The position numbers and the translations under genes are program-made. DNA of 64,000 nucleotides, taken from Dipteris shenzhenensis. Its lineage: Eukaryota. The notes under the pieces are model-generated. The model worked only from the letters and a program-made list of their open reading frames with translations. It did not search any database and had not been told where the DNA came from. The stretch lies in NCBI GenBank assembly GCA_047967505.1, contig CM106538.1. The stretch is one strand, 5' to 3'. The first letter of the stretch is position 1. The number at the start of each line of letters is the position of its first letter. Shown piece after piece: positions 51,100-64,000 of the stretch.

Positions 51100-52420
51100 A
51101 CAATCCAACATGTCGTATCCCGAGTCTCTATGCTCATAGTTTTGATAGTTTGACTAGTTGCCAATCGTGTCACCTTATCTCTTGAGTCGTGATGTACTCC
51201 TTAACGAATACCCTAATTCTATCTGCTTTTTAATTATAGGTAGGGTGATCTATAGTCTACTATGCATAATTTGGTCCCCTATAGACACTTAGGTGACTTA
51301 TGGTGGTTGGTTCCCTATCAAGGGGTCTAAGATTATGGGCCAATACCCTACATATCAAGCCTCATATGAGGAGGAAAACATGGCTTGACACCTACCAGGT
51401 TATTGGAGTGTGATGTCCACAATGAACAACCACATGAGGTCTCATGAATGACCCATATGTGGGATGTTATACCAACATGCGGTCCAATTATGAACCCTGA
51501 ATGGGTACCATGTGATAAAAAACATGGCTGTGATAATGAGTAATGGAGTAGTAACGAAGGTAAATTTTGAAGGATTAACTCAATTATCATATTATATTCT
51601 TAATATTCAGTAGTCGCTAGCTAGCTTGGATTGGCCATATGCATTGATGAGACAACATTGGTTAAATGGGAAAAGTATAGCATAGCATCAAATGCATGTG
51701 GACTTCTACGTTTTGTTTTCATTGAGAATGGTAAAGATGTATTGAGATCTTTGGAGTCACTAGATGCTCAAGTTAAAAGGATGGCATAGCTAGAGCCTTC
51801 AAAGGAGCATGGGTTCTCTTGTGTCTTTACCAACAGCTGTGACCTGATAGTCTAATAGGCTATCTTCTAATTCTCACACATATATGCATGTGAATTATGT
51901 TTGTAGACTATAAGCTCAACTTTAGTAATAATTTTTGTACTTAATTTGGATTTACACGAGTCCAAAAATTTTGAATAGTATGTTAAGAATGTTCCTATGA
52001 AAGCTCTGTGCTTCTAAAAAATCCGGCTTATCATTCAGTTGAATATCGTTGGAGCATTACTCAAACCAAAAGGGACTAGCACATATTCATAAGGCCCTTG
52101 TGCTATCCTAAAAGTTGTTTTGTGGCTATCTTGAGGGGAAATCCATACCTAATGATATCCACTTTTAAATCCCATCCTACTAAAAATCTTAGCTCCTTTT
52201 CAAGTATCTACAATCTCATCAATCCAAGGGATTGGAAAGCGATTCTTGATAATCATTTTGTTTAGTGCCCTATTGTTGATACACATCCTCCATGATCCAT
52301 CTTTCTTGAGTGATAAAGGTACTGGAGAATAGAAAGGTAAACTACTATGTCTAATCAATCCATGTTCCATCCAATGAGCTTTGTGTCACTATCAATTTGC
52401 GAGAGTTTTATTTTTAGAAT
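51100..52420 (-). mobile_element. Ty3/Gypsy pol remnant with internal deletions
   Basis: SPV..KKDGSWRMCINNRALNKMIIKNRFPIPWIDEI...GAKIFS...SGYH at ~52140-52350, and NAPTIF downstream. The left extent is approximate. Confidence 0.8.
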
Positions 52421-54429
52421 GTAAGATTTCAAGATCTAATTTCTTATAGAAACAAAGAAGAGAGAAGAAAGAGAAAAGGGTTTGCGCTCCCTTCAAAAGG
52501 TGAGATGCATATAAGACCAAAAGTTTGACTTTGGTCTTCACTTGTTGTTTGCACTTTTGGAATACAGGCTTTCTTTCTCTCTATGAGTTGTTAGAGTGTT
52601 CTCTCTATGAAATGTAAGAGTGTTCTCTTGTTTCCTTGTTGTGCCTTTGTGGTTGCCACTCCCTCTTATTATCTCCCCCTCCTTTCCCTTCTTCCCACTC
52701 CTTCCCCCTCTCTCTCCCTTCATCAACATTCACCTCCCTCTTGTGAAATCACATTGCAACAGTCCGGAAGCTATTAGAGTGACACTAGCCATGGACAAGC
52801 ACTTGCATTTCTATGCAAAAACATGAAATTGAGTAAGTGGGGTCGAGCTTGATTTTTTCATTAAAATTATTGCTCGGAATGACGAGGAGATAAAAGCGCA
52901 TTGGATGAATGAGATGCGTCGTAACTCAAATCAAGGATAATAGGTTTGAAAAAGTGAAACGCGGCATAAATGCATGTGATTTCCTATGCCTAGAGGTCGT
53001 TGAGAAAACTAAAGGCACAAGATGCACTCATGACCAAGTTGGCATGGTGTGGTATTGGTTTGTGGTAAAGGAGAATGCTAAAAATTTAGGACGATTTATG
53101 ACTTTTGGATGTTGATGCCACATAGCCAGGCTTCTACCAGAGACGAAGGGTTCCTTGGTGTCTTAATAAATAATTGTGACCTCATAATAGGTCTTTTATT
53201 TGTCACCTATAAATGTGTATAATTACAATTGGCCATAATTATTGTTGCTTAATACAAAGGATATATGTGCTGTGAACCTTTACAAGGTATTAAAGAAGAG
53301 GATTCTTTGATTATTTAGGATTGTAAGCTAAACTTTGGTAATGGATGAGCTTTGCATACTATCAATCTACTAAGGAATTTCATTTTAACTATATAAGGTT
53401 TTCGGGATCTAGTTTCTTCATTAAGGCTTCCGTGTGGGCAAGAGATTAGATGTAAATATGGATACTAATGAGCAACAACAAAGCCCAACTAATGGGACTT
53501 GAAGACAAGAACTTATTAGGCTTTATACACAAGCCAAGTTCCTTTCGTTTGGAGGAGGACTCGTTTTGAGTTCTAATTTTCATTTTACTCAACTTGTTAA
53601 CATTGGTATGTTAGTGTTTGTAAATGCTTGAGGTTGGTGTTGTCATAGTTTGGCCAAATTGTATCTATCATAAATGCTTTTACATATATACTAGGCCACT
53701 TAACCTAAAAGAGTGTCATTTAACCCATGTATTTGTCGATTGGTTTTTCTTGTTAATTGACTTCTTTTCTCAAGTGTGCATATGCTTGTTCCTTAATGGG
53801 CTTTAGTATGATCTTTTTGGGATTGGATGTCCATGGGTTTGAATGGTTGTTTGCTATCCTTTGGCACATGCATACATGGGTCACTACAAATTATTTGTGG
53901 TTGATTTTTAATTTGTATTAGGCAATGGTATGTTTTGTTGCTAGGTAGCAAGTTTCCTTTTTGGGTTTTTAGTTCCCACGTAGAGTTTGTGCGGATTTTG
54001 ATTGATTAGCCTTTGTGTAGATGATGAATTAAGCAGTTGCACCTCTGGCAGATGCTATGTTCTTTGGGCCAAGTAGTCTCAATTTAGTAGGTGATTGCTT
54101 CATTTTAGCATAGCAACATTTGCTCTTGTTAGTTTAAAGTGAGTTTGGTATGACTCCTTACCCTACCTCAAGTTGTCAATAATGTGTTTATGGTTTTGAG
54201 ACCTACTCATGTAAAAAAAAACACAAACCATATGGAATTATCCTTGGAAAACAATTCGATCAACAAAAGTTGAAAGTGCCCTTCTTTATCAAGAAATGTA
54301 ATTTAAAAAAAGAGAACATAAATCTTTGTGGACATTTATTACCTCTAATTAGAACATCCAAGGATCCAAACAAGCCAAAACAAAACTCTTTAGAGCTATA
54401 CAAAAAAACTACAAATTAGTGAGTCCTTT

Positions 54430-54536
54430 CACTTTATGACCATGCATGCATGCATGTATTTATGTACGTATGAAAGTATACATGTACGTGTATGTCTACG
54501 TATATGTATAGATAAATCTGTATGTACATATACATG

Positions 54537-54579
<43 letters not shown>

Positions 54580-54733
54580 AATATGAAGGAAACGTAGATG
54601 CATCACTCACACAATTACACAATAGTAACAATGTACATCACCAAGAAGGTAGAAAGAAGATGAAAATATAAAGGGTATACATGCAAGGAAATATGAGGGA
54701 CAAGTCACAAAGATAGATGAAGAGGAATTGTAA

Positions 54734-54770
<37 letters not shown>
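54430..54770. repeat. Compound microsatellite/low-complexity tract ((TG)n, (TATG)-like, (CT)n)
   Basis: Directly visible. Confidence 0.9.
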
Positions 54771-54775
<5 letters not shown>

Positions 54776-56429
54776 GGTTATTCGATACGCTAGTGCGTCC
54801 GACTGCCATGTATGCAATGCCCTTCTAGGGATGTGACGTACCAATAACAGGGTGGAGGAGATTTGAGTGGCTACAGTGACTTTGGGATCTAGGATGATTC
54901 TGAGCAAGCCCTCAGTCCCGCATGAGATAGTACAGGCAGAGTTCGCCATGACACCATTACAGACTGATCAAAGACCCAATTCTACCGCGACCATTTTCTG
55001 AGAGTCTTGGAGGAGGGATTCATCATCAAACCCCAATATCTCAAGGCTAGGGGGTCTCACATGCCCTGAGGATCGCCATTGGGTAGATGCGGGTTTCTAA
55101 CCATCAGCTGAGGATTAAGATTGGGAGAGTAGCACATATACCCAAAGAGTAGCGCACCTATATGTTATGCACACTATGAGAGATTGAGATAGAGGAGCAC
55201 TTCTTTGCGCATGCCCAGCCTACTACAAGATCCGAGAGCGATACCACTGTCTTTATCAAAATAGGTATGGGTTCGGCCCATTGTCGTGACTGATCCACTT
55301 CCATGACCAGGTCTGCATTGGGCATCTACTTGAGATGCGCCGCCACATGGAGACCTTGCTACGACAGATCAGGGAGCAACAAGAGGAGACTAGACCAAAA
55401 AATACAAACGCTGACCAGACACAGCGACATGTCACAGATTTCTATGCATTTGAGTCATCTCCAAGACAGTGGGGTGGAGGAGGAGGCGCTAGTTGACATG
55501 CGGGGGTATGGATTGCTATTATCATAGCTTTCCTCAGAGGAGACCGCCCGAGATGAGGGGTCACTCTGAACATAGCTCAAGTTCAGAGATCGAGGAGACC
55601 ACGCCCTCCTCTACCACCACAATGTGAGACGGCTAGACAAACACAGATCCAAGACATCTTTGCCACTCATAGATGAGCTACCGTAGTGCCAGGTTTTGGA
55701 CTCTAAGATCATGTCCCAGTTTTAGCTCTCTTCCTACTTCAGATAGCACATGATATGATATGATACATGCTTTGTATTTGATTTTGGTTGAGCTATTGAG
55801 CTCTTTATTTCAACATAGTACTCAGCAAGGTCCTTAGCGCGCCCTTTACTCTAGCCCTTGGTGGCTTGTATGAGTTTTTCTCCCTTTCGGTGTTTTCCGC
55901 ACTTTGTCCCATAGGCCCACGAGTCCTCTACGGACATTAATCTCTCTCTCTCTCTCTCTCTCTCCCCCCCCCCCCCCCCAATTGCCCCTTGAGAGACACA
56001 AAGACCGCACTATCTTCAATCGCTTGAGCAGGTCGCCTCTCCCCTCTAGCCACCTGAGCAACTCACTCTCCCTCCCTGACTCACTCTCTCAGTTCCATGC
56101 TCATTTCACTGCCACCAAAGACCAAAGGCTGTTGTTTCATTGTTTCATCTTGCCAAAGGTCGTCATTGCTGCTTCTGCTCCTCGCCATCGCAAAGTTTCT
56201 CCAAAGTTTCCCACACAATGACCATTTCGAGTTAAGATTCAGTTCAGTTCAGCTAACTTCAACTCAATTCAATCAAGTTTGGTCAGTTCAATTAGCAACT
56301 CAGTTCAATTTTACTAGTCAATTCAGTTCAGTTCAACACTCCAATTCATAGACTCCAGGTTGGATTGAACCCCTGCACCAACCTTGGGAGTTAGCTTGAG
56401 CAGGGGGTACACACACAACTGAAGACCAC

Positions 56430-57400
56430 CATGGAATTTCCCAAGGTCAGTTTTTGCAACCTATCCCCATCTTTCAAGCCTACGTATGGAACCATTGCAA
56501 ATATGCCTTTCCTCTATGCAAAACACATCAAAGACGGATGGTTAATATTGATCTGGAGGAGCAAATCTATTACCTACAGCAAGAGATTAGAGAGCTCAAG
56601 CTTCATCTTGCAACCCTTGGGAGAAAAGTGCAAGATATGGAGAGTAGTTGAAAGGAGAAAATTATTGCAAGGCAATGCACAAATGTAATGCATCACCACC
56701 ATTGCAAAGACACCTTCCCCCTATGCAAAACACATCAAAAAAGGATGGTTAATATTGACTTGCAAGAGCAAATCTATTATCTACAACAAGAGATTAGAGA
56801 GCTCAAGCTTCATCTTGCAACCCTTGGGAGAAAAGTGCAAGATATGGAGAGTAGTTGAAAGAAGGAAATTATTGCAAGGCAGTACACAAATGTAATGCAT
56901 CTCCACTGGCACTGATACTTGTCTCCGTGGTTCAGGACATGATCACCACTCACATGAGATGCTGATGGCAGTAACGAAGTCAATAGAGCTGACCCTTATG
57001 TGGAAGTAAAAGAGCAAGAAGCTAGAGCATAAAATAAGACGATCTTACGCATTGCGAGACTGAAAGAAGGCTACCTTCATGAAGATGAGGAGAAAATCAT
57101 TGAGGACATAATCATATGCCTTAAGAAGGAAGTACTGCAAATCGATTGGGATGAAAATGATATCCGCAATGTCTGCAAATTGGCACACAAGCACAGATTT
57201 ATTGCAGAGGGAAGGTAGCAAGAATCAAAATTCTCAGACAAACACATAAGTTTAAGGATACAAAGATTTGGATATCTAAGGAGTTCACTCTGATCCAACT
57301 CAAACAAAGAAACAGTGAACTCACCAAGGTAAAGGAAGCACGCAAGGCAAACAAACAGGCGGTTTATTGAGACGGGCAAGCATTAATTAGGAACTTCAAA
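56430..57400 (+). mobile_element. LINE ORF1-like relic with tandemly duplicated coiled-coil segment
   Basis: DLEEQIYYLQQEIRELKLHLATLGRKVQDMES occurs twice (207-bp period, 56491 and 56698). RIKILRQTHKFKDTKIWISKE follows, and this part is similar to 31270-31460. Confidence 0.6.
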
Positions 57401-57576
57401 TCCAAATTCAAAGACTCTCAGTCTTAAACTAATGTTATAAAGGCCACTTTATGATAGTGTTAGAATGTAGCTATGTCATATAATAACTCGGGAGGAGTTG
57501 GCCTTGTGCACTCCCTCGATTATTTGGGTATCAAGATGTAGTAAGTCCATTTTTTGTGCTGGTATTATCTCATAGA

Positions 57577-57617
57577 CCCGTTAGGTCTTCTACATCTCTC
57601 TCTCTCTCTCTCTCTCT

Positions 57618-57648
<31 letters not shown>

Positions 57649-57705
57649 TATATATAGACAGACAGAGAGAGAGATCTTAATAGTTTCATCTTTATATGGA
57701 GGGAC

Positions 57706-57748
<43 letters not shown>

Positions 57749-57794
57749 TACATAAAGATGAAACTATTAAGATCTCTCTCTGTGTCTATATATA

Positions 57795-57825
<31 letters not shown>

Positions 57826-57866
57826 AGAGAGAGAGAGAGAGAGAGAGATGTAGAAGACCTAACGGG
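57577..57866. repeat. Long inverted repeat / foldback (MITE-like)
   Basis: Arms 57577-57695 and 57752-57866 are near-perfect reverse complements, including unique sequence (cccgttaggtcttctacat; gatcttaatagtttcatctttat) as well as microsatellites. Confidence 0.9.
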
Positions 57867-58084
57867 ATATATATATATATATATATATTCACACGAATAC
57901 ACGTACACATATATATAAATAAGTACATGCACACACATAAATACCTATATATACACAGATGCATGCATCTCCGTGCGCATGCACACACACAAATACCTAT
58001 ATATATACCCCTTAGAAAAAAGATACCTATATATACACATATTGATACATGCATGTACGCACATACAAAAAACAAGTACTAAGA

Positions 58085-59340
58085 GTAGATGAACGCCAAA
58101 GATAGGACAAACCTAAGAACTAAAAAGAGAGGGCTTTGAAGCCCTCGACTTTGGATTTTGATTCTATAGTCAAGGATCCTAAACATACCCAAAGCCAAAA
58201 TTCCAAAGATATAACGACTCCAATGTAGGACAAAGCAAAGTTTCTTCGTTACGTTTTCTTGTAAGCCCCTTCTAGGACTATATTACTAAATTGAGAGATA
58301 CATGCATACTTACTTGTGCAAAGATCGGAGAACCTATATAATTGGGAAGTATAGCCACATCAAAGATATTTGAGACATTCATACGATATTCAAAAAAACA
58401 TTTTTAGGTTGTTGCCATTTATCATATATATGAAACTTCTTTATCATATATCATTTATCATATTTATCATATATATATAGATTGAAATGCTAAGATTAGA
58501 ATTAAGTTCACAAACTCAATTGTAATAAGTCTTTAGGATTTGGAATGTTTCAAATAAATAAGTCATTTATGAACCTCCTAACCTAACTAAGTTTATGTAG
58601 GACAATTGAACAAGTCTCATAAGAGATCGATTGCTGCATAAACTCAAATTCGAAATTAAAAAGGTAGAAGTTTGCTGAGAAAATAGCACAATTTCGTGCC
58701 CATCATAATACGAATGCTTTGTTGAAATAAACAATCTCCTAGAGTTATGAACAAATTATCATCAAGAAAATTAAACTAACAAAGGACATTCAACATCTAC
58801 AACCATTTGTGCACCTTTTCTTTTTCAAAAGAATGTCTTGCTTTTTTTATTGCATCCGACCGAAATAAAAACTTTGCATTTGTCTTTTTCATGTGTATGA
58901 AAACGTGTGAAACAAATGTCCCTATTTGTGACTTCAAATGTTCCAAATCTATCTTCAGAGTGTAGTAAAATAAAAATTTCAAGCAAGACTAGAGTGCAAT
59001 TCTCTTCTACACTGCAAGAGAAGTTAGAAAACTTTATGACCGAGATAACTCCTACCAAATCATTTAAAATCCAACTTAAATCTATTGGGACATCAACCTC
59101 TCTCACTAAGTTTCTCCAAAGTTCATGGACAATCAGCAACATAGCATTGAGGCAACAACTCAACCACTTTGAGACATCGGTTAGAGAAGTCTTACAAGCT
59201 ATTGCAAATGAATCAAGGTCTCTTAGGAATTTTATGGAACTTCCTAAGTGCATAGAGATAAAGTAGACTTGCGCTGCAAATGAACCCAAAAGACTTATAA
59301 AAGTTTTTATGTTTCAAAATCAAATCCATGTTTCTTGCGA
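58085..59340 (-). mobile_element. Penelope-like element RT relic, copy 2 (5'-truncated)
   Basis: FAIACKTSLTDVSKWLS; IMMGT.CAIFSANFYLF (GIPMGTNCA-like, frameshifted); VRRFINDL; IYDK; QLYRFSDLC. Homologous to 44825-45550. Confidence 0.75.
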
Positions 59341-59426
59341 TGAAATGAGACACCGGACTGAGCTGGAGCTGTAGTTAGGAACAATGGCTAAGCACGAGGG
59401 GAGGCAGGTAGGAGCAAGAGAACCTA

Positions 59427-59654
59427 CTCTGATACCACTTTTGGGTGCGAGAGGTATTGGAAACGGAGTGGAATGAAAGGGAGCAAACAACAAGCTGAAG
59501 CAAACGTGAGTACTTGCAAATGGATAATGAAAAAGTATAAAGGGATGGCCTATATGGCCCCGAAGTCAACAATATGATTGACCAATGAATTCAACCTAAA
59601 GGGTTGACTGAGTCCTAAGACTAGCCTACAAGGCTATACCACGGCTAAGTGCTA

Positions 59655-59657
<3 letters not shown>
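59427..59657 (-). mobile_element. Short LTR (~220 bp) with tRNA-iMet primer-binding site
   Basis: Minus strand reads TGTTAG...acccaaaa-g-TGGTATCAGAG, with the PBS at 59427-59437. The internal part is truncated. Confidence 0.65.

Positions 59658-59732
<75 letters not shown>
59655..59732. repeat. Compound (CA)n(TA)n(GA)n microsatellite
   Basis: Directly visible. Confidence 0.95.
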
Positions 59733-59736
<4 letters not shown>

Positions 59737-60685
59737 CTAGACTAAACTAAACTCATAGGGTACCCAAGGTAGATGAACTCCAAAAATAGAACAAACCTAA
59801 GAACTAAACAGACAAATCATTGTGTGAATGACATTTCGTTGTACAATTATCGAATCCTTGCACCTTATACAATTACGAATTCCCGAACCCTTGCATCTTG
59901 TGTGTAAAATATGAGGGCACAACATGCTTTGTAAACCTGTGAATGACACAGACGGTCGCCTCGTGGTTTACACCGCATCCTTTAGGCAAGACTAAGAGGT
60001 GACACTGACTGGTGCATGCAAATATTTGCAAAGCTATCAACTTGTATGCTCAATCCAAATTTCAGAATGGGTGTATGTTTTAATATTTCATAATTGCACT
60101 AGAAAAAGTGAATGGGTAATTTAAGAAAAACCTTTTTGAAATTTAATGAATAATGTGAAGTTGTCATGCTGTCCGCTCAATCTCATTTTAATTAGTGGGC
60201 CTCTGTGTGCAAAGAACTTCACCATAAGTCAGGAACAGAAATTGCTATGAGTACGCAATTGCAAAGAACTACACGATATGATAGAAACAGCGATGGCTAG
60301 AAATCTTATTTAGAAATTAGGAATATGATTTGGAAGACAGAACGGTCAATCATCAAGGTGCTTCTTTATATTTAGAATGGGAAACATTAAGCAGTGTCTT
60401 CTACAGTGCTCCCTTGTTAAAAGGATGTCAAAGGCGATTCTCAAAAAATGCATGACCTAATACTCGTATAAAATTTATATCAAGAAACTCCCAACCAGGA
60501 ATCAGATTCTTCCAGAGAAACATTTTGGATTGAACAAGAGAGAAATGATAAGATGAATAACTTGACACTTCTCACCTCAGAGATTATGAATTGGAAAAGA
60601 ACAGGGGGAAAAAAGAGCAGGAAGTACCTTGAACTGGCCTCCTGGCCTTTGTACTGCTTATTAAATTCCCTTGGACTACAGAAGC

Positions 60686-63600
60686 TTATGTAGGTCTACA
60701 CTGTCGCAAATGTGCAAGAGGAGGCATAGAGTGCGAAGCCTCTCCAACATTTGTTGATGCAGCGGCAGGAGGGAAAAGCCCCGGTGGTCGATATGGAGCT
60801 GGCTGTCTCAAAGCTTTGCAAGGTTGATATGGTAATGGTTTCCTCACGTTAGTAGAGCAAACTGCAGAAGTGCTAACTGATGGCCTAGGCACATGACGAT
60901 CCGAAGCATGCGTGAGACTTGAAACTTGATGGCTGGATGCCAAAAAGGGGTGCACTCCATGATTGGAAATTTTTAAAGCAGCACAGACATTCAGGTCGGG
61001 TGGCAGTGATGAAGGATAGCTAGTAACACGTAGCAATGATTCCTCAGACAAAGCCGCCTGGAATGTGCCAAAAATTGGTGGGAAGCCACATGCATAAGTT
61101 GCAGTGGTCCCAGATGCTTCTGCACCGTGGGAGAGATATTTGGAAGAGAAGCAAGGATCTTGGAATCCTCCACAATTCTGTGTTTGTACCCTTGCCTGAT
61201 TGTTGACGCTAAACAATGAATTTGTATACAAATTAGCAGATGACACTTCCGCTCCAGCAACTAATCCAGAAATCTCGGGCTCCCGCATACAATGATCATA
61301 CATGCTTCTTTCAGTTGTGTCAAATAAGTCAGATGGTAACAACACAACTTCCTGCTCGCTTGAAGAATTTGGGGGCGGGCTTGCTTTGATATGTGCCTGG
61401 TTCACCATAGGGGGCACAATGTTTTGATCAGATAAAATATCAAGGGATCCCCAATCATCTGCATAAGGAGCATCAGAAATCTGCTGATTTAAATTCTTGG
61501 CATGATAACTCTGGGCAACTGGTCGGACACATAAAATGTTTTTTACTGTGCCATTACAAACCGGACATATAAGCAGGGATCTAGAACAAGAGAGGCAGCA
61601 GCATAGGTGTGAACAGTTGAATAAGACCTGCAAGATGACAAAACAAAATATGAGTCAAAGACAGGACCATTTGCATCAGCTTGAAAGTGGACACAAAGCA
61701 GAATCGCCACTTAGTAGCATGCTTGTAGAGGCTATTAAAGTCGATACAAAGCAGAGTAGCGTGCTTGTAGAGGCTACTAAGGTAGATACAAAGCAGAATC
61801 ACTACTAAAGTGGCATGTTCTTTTTGGATCTCTACCTTCAACTGTAGCTTCTCAACCAAATCCGGAAAGTGGATACAAAGTGGAATCACTACTTAATTAG
61901 CATGCTTGTAGATGGTACTAAAATTGACATAAAGAACAACACTACTGAGGTAGTGGTAATTGTAGATGCTAAAGAGAAAAGGTGATATAACGAGAATGAC
62001 TTTCCAATTTTAAACATCAGAAGGCTGCACACATGGTGTCCACCTAGTAAAAACGCTATCAGACAAAAAGTGCAGTGAATTTGTGGCCTGGCACTGTAGC
62101 AGAGAATATGCTTGCAATGGCTAGAAACCTAGCAACCGTAAAAGCAAAGTTCTTGAGGCAAATTGATGAAAGAATATAAAAGAAATGCTGGTAGTGATTC
62201 TATCTGATATAGATTATTTCAGTCACAGGCAAAGACAACACTAAGTGAAATCCACCCGCTAACACAAGATAGATAAATCTTCTAGGCCCGTACTTCGCAT
62301 TTTTAAATCATTACGACTACTAATCTGTGATGCTAAGGAAAGAAATGACAAATGCAACTGATGAAATAACACACAGAACGCAGAAACAAGCTTGCACTAA
62401 CCGTATCTGCAGGGCCTTTTCTACAAATAACACAATTCCAAATCTGCTTTTGTTGTCCAGAGGACATTGCCCTCCTTCCATCTGCCTCTATGTCTGTTTC
62501 AGCTGTAAGCAAAGATTCCTGATCACAAATCATCACACCTGTTAGTTCTGCATCAACTTTCACAAAAAGCATGGCTTCATCATCAGTTTAAAACCACCAT
62601 AGGTAAATGCAGTGGCTTTGGTACTCACCCCACTTACAGACGAATCAATGTTACTTGTGTCACACGCTCTGTGCTCAATACTGGATGCAGATGCCGCTTC
62701 TGAACGTCCACTAGAGGAACCAGACTCAATAGGCTTACAAAGCTTACCATCACTTGAATTTGTGGTGGGCAGAGGCATCTGAGGAATAGCATTATTAGAA
62801 AGGGATGATCCAGGTGCAGTACAAATCTCCACAAATGGGAAAACAGCTTGCGAATTCTCTATACATGGTCCTGGGACTAACTCCAAGCCTTTCTGTTGCT
62901 GCTCTGAAATGTGAACAGAAGAACCTGGGATGAAAGAAGATAGTGACTCAGATGGATTAGATTTCGGACTCCCAGATTGGGGCACAAGTGTATGACGTGC
63001 AGGAGTAGTTATGTGTCTTAAATGGGGTGGCCGATAAGCACCATTCTCTACCTTACTTGAAGACAAGCAGCTACTTTCAGTAGGGGCAGTGAAGCTTATG
63101 CGAGATAGGAGGGCTGTAGAATCCATTCCAACTGCAGTATCCTTGCTTTCTTTAACAATAACGTCAGATGTTACGGTTTTAAATGAATGTGAAGAACTTG
63201 TGCTGGGCGATTCTTCAAACCATGGATCTATGAAGTCTTGACCATGTTTAGATCCATTTGGAATTGCTGAAGAAGAGGACAAAGTAGCAGGGCAGGAGTT
63301 CTCCTGAAAGACTGAAGCATAGGATGGAAAAGTTTTAGACTTTCCAGGAACAGGGGTTTGCATGCCAATGTTTCCTTGTTGAGTGCCAACAAAGAATACC
63401 TTCCGCATTGCCTCCACACCTTCTTTAAACCTGGTGTATTTGTCTCTCGTAATTACTGAAGCAAGCAATTCCAAGCGCTCATCAAGAACCCTGGTAAGAG
63501 AAATTTTTTTGTCAAAGTCTCTGATCAAACACACCCAGAATTACACGAGGCCATAGTTTCTTTTGTCATCACGACACATCAAGCTTTGCCAACTCTGGAG

Positions 63601-63889
63601 CTATCATTTAACAAGGCTCCACGTAAAGCTCTTATAAAGATTATTGTTTCCCACATATAGCGCACAGATATCATCTAGTCAGAATGACAAAGTGACTCAA
63701 GCAGCAATTTCCCACAGAACTTTTGAGTCTCATAATCGATAGGGAACACTGACCTGCGTGTTAAAATGCATAGTCCAAATGCCAGAACATCACAACCATG
63801 CTGCATGTCGATTAAGGCATTTTGAAGTGACGATGTATTCAATGAGTATAAAATCTCATCCACAATCCGCAACCGAGTTTCTTCATCCA
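60686..63889 (-). CDS. RING-HC (C3HC4) zinc-finger protein, putative E3 ubiquitin ligase, 5'-incomplete. Predicted exons 63889-63697, 63490-62638 (or -62629), 62518-62402, 61627-60686
   Basis: Splicing joins CVICRKGPADT to VLFNCSHLCCCLSCSRSLLICPVC, giving a complete RING-HC. GT-AG sites with matching phases resolve the apparent frameshifts between ORFs. Long Ser/Pro-rich regions flank the RING. An acceptor at 63890 implies upstream exons outside the window. Confidence 0.75.
61690..61940. repeat. Degenerate ~42-bp tandem repeats in the RING-gene intron
   Basis: gc(a/g)tgcttgtagaggcta(t/c)taa..gatacaaagcag units are repeated. Confidence 0.75.
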
Positions 63890-64000
63890 CTGAAACCCAT
63901 GTCGAATTATTGAGACGATAAATTACTTTTTAAATACAAAAATTTGTAAGCTATATCTCAAAATACTTAGATATAATGGCACAGACACATATGAACAGAA

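Noticed and set aside
58120-58155. gagggct-ttga-agccctc hairpin as a hammerhead stem II at the PLE 3' end
   Set aside because: The 7-bp hairpin is real, but the flanking catalytic core (CUGANGA/GAAA) is absent on both strands.
62520-63700. Apparent nonsense codon and frameshifts suggesting the RING gene is a pseudogene
   Set aside because: Both breaks fall inside plausible GT-AG introns with matching phases.

Overview
This is eukaryotic, repeat-rich land-plant nuclear DNA. The style of the PLS-PPR genes and the transposon set suggest a non-seed plant, probably a fern (inference). Four host genes are supported. Two are intronless, paralogous PLS-E class PPR RNA-editing factors on the minus strand (4952-7582 and 24765-27854). 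One is a five-exon chloroplast lipocalin CHL/LCNP (39813-48272, +). One is a 5'-incomplete spliced RING-HC gene (60686 to beyond 63889, -). The rest is decayed transposons (Copia, Ty3/Gypsy, solo LTRs, L1-like LINEs, PIF/Harbinger), microsatellites and local duplications. The most notable observations are: (1) an endonuclease-bearing Helitron (Helentron/HLE2-type) relic; (2) two relics of a Penelope-like retroelement resembling the Naiad/Chlamys type; (3) eroded DYW-deaminase remnants behind the stop codons of both PPR genes, clearer for the first; (4) two exact P-motif deletions in the first PPR array; (5) a 290-bp microsatellite-containing foldback. All calls come from manual motif reading, with no database searches.
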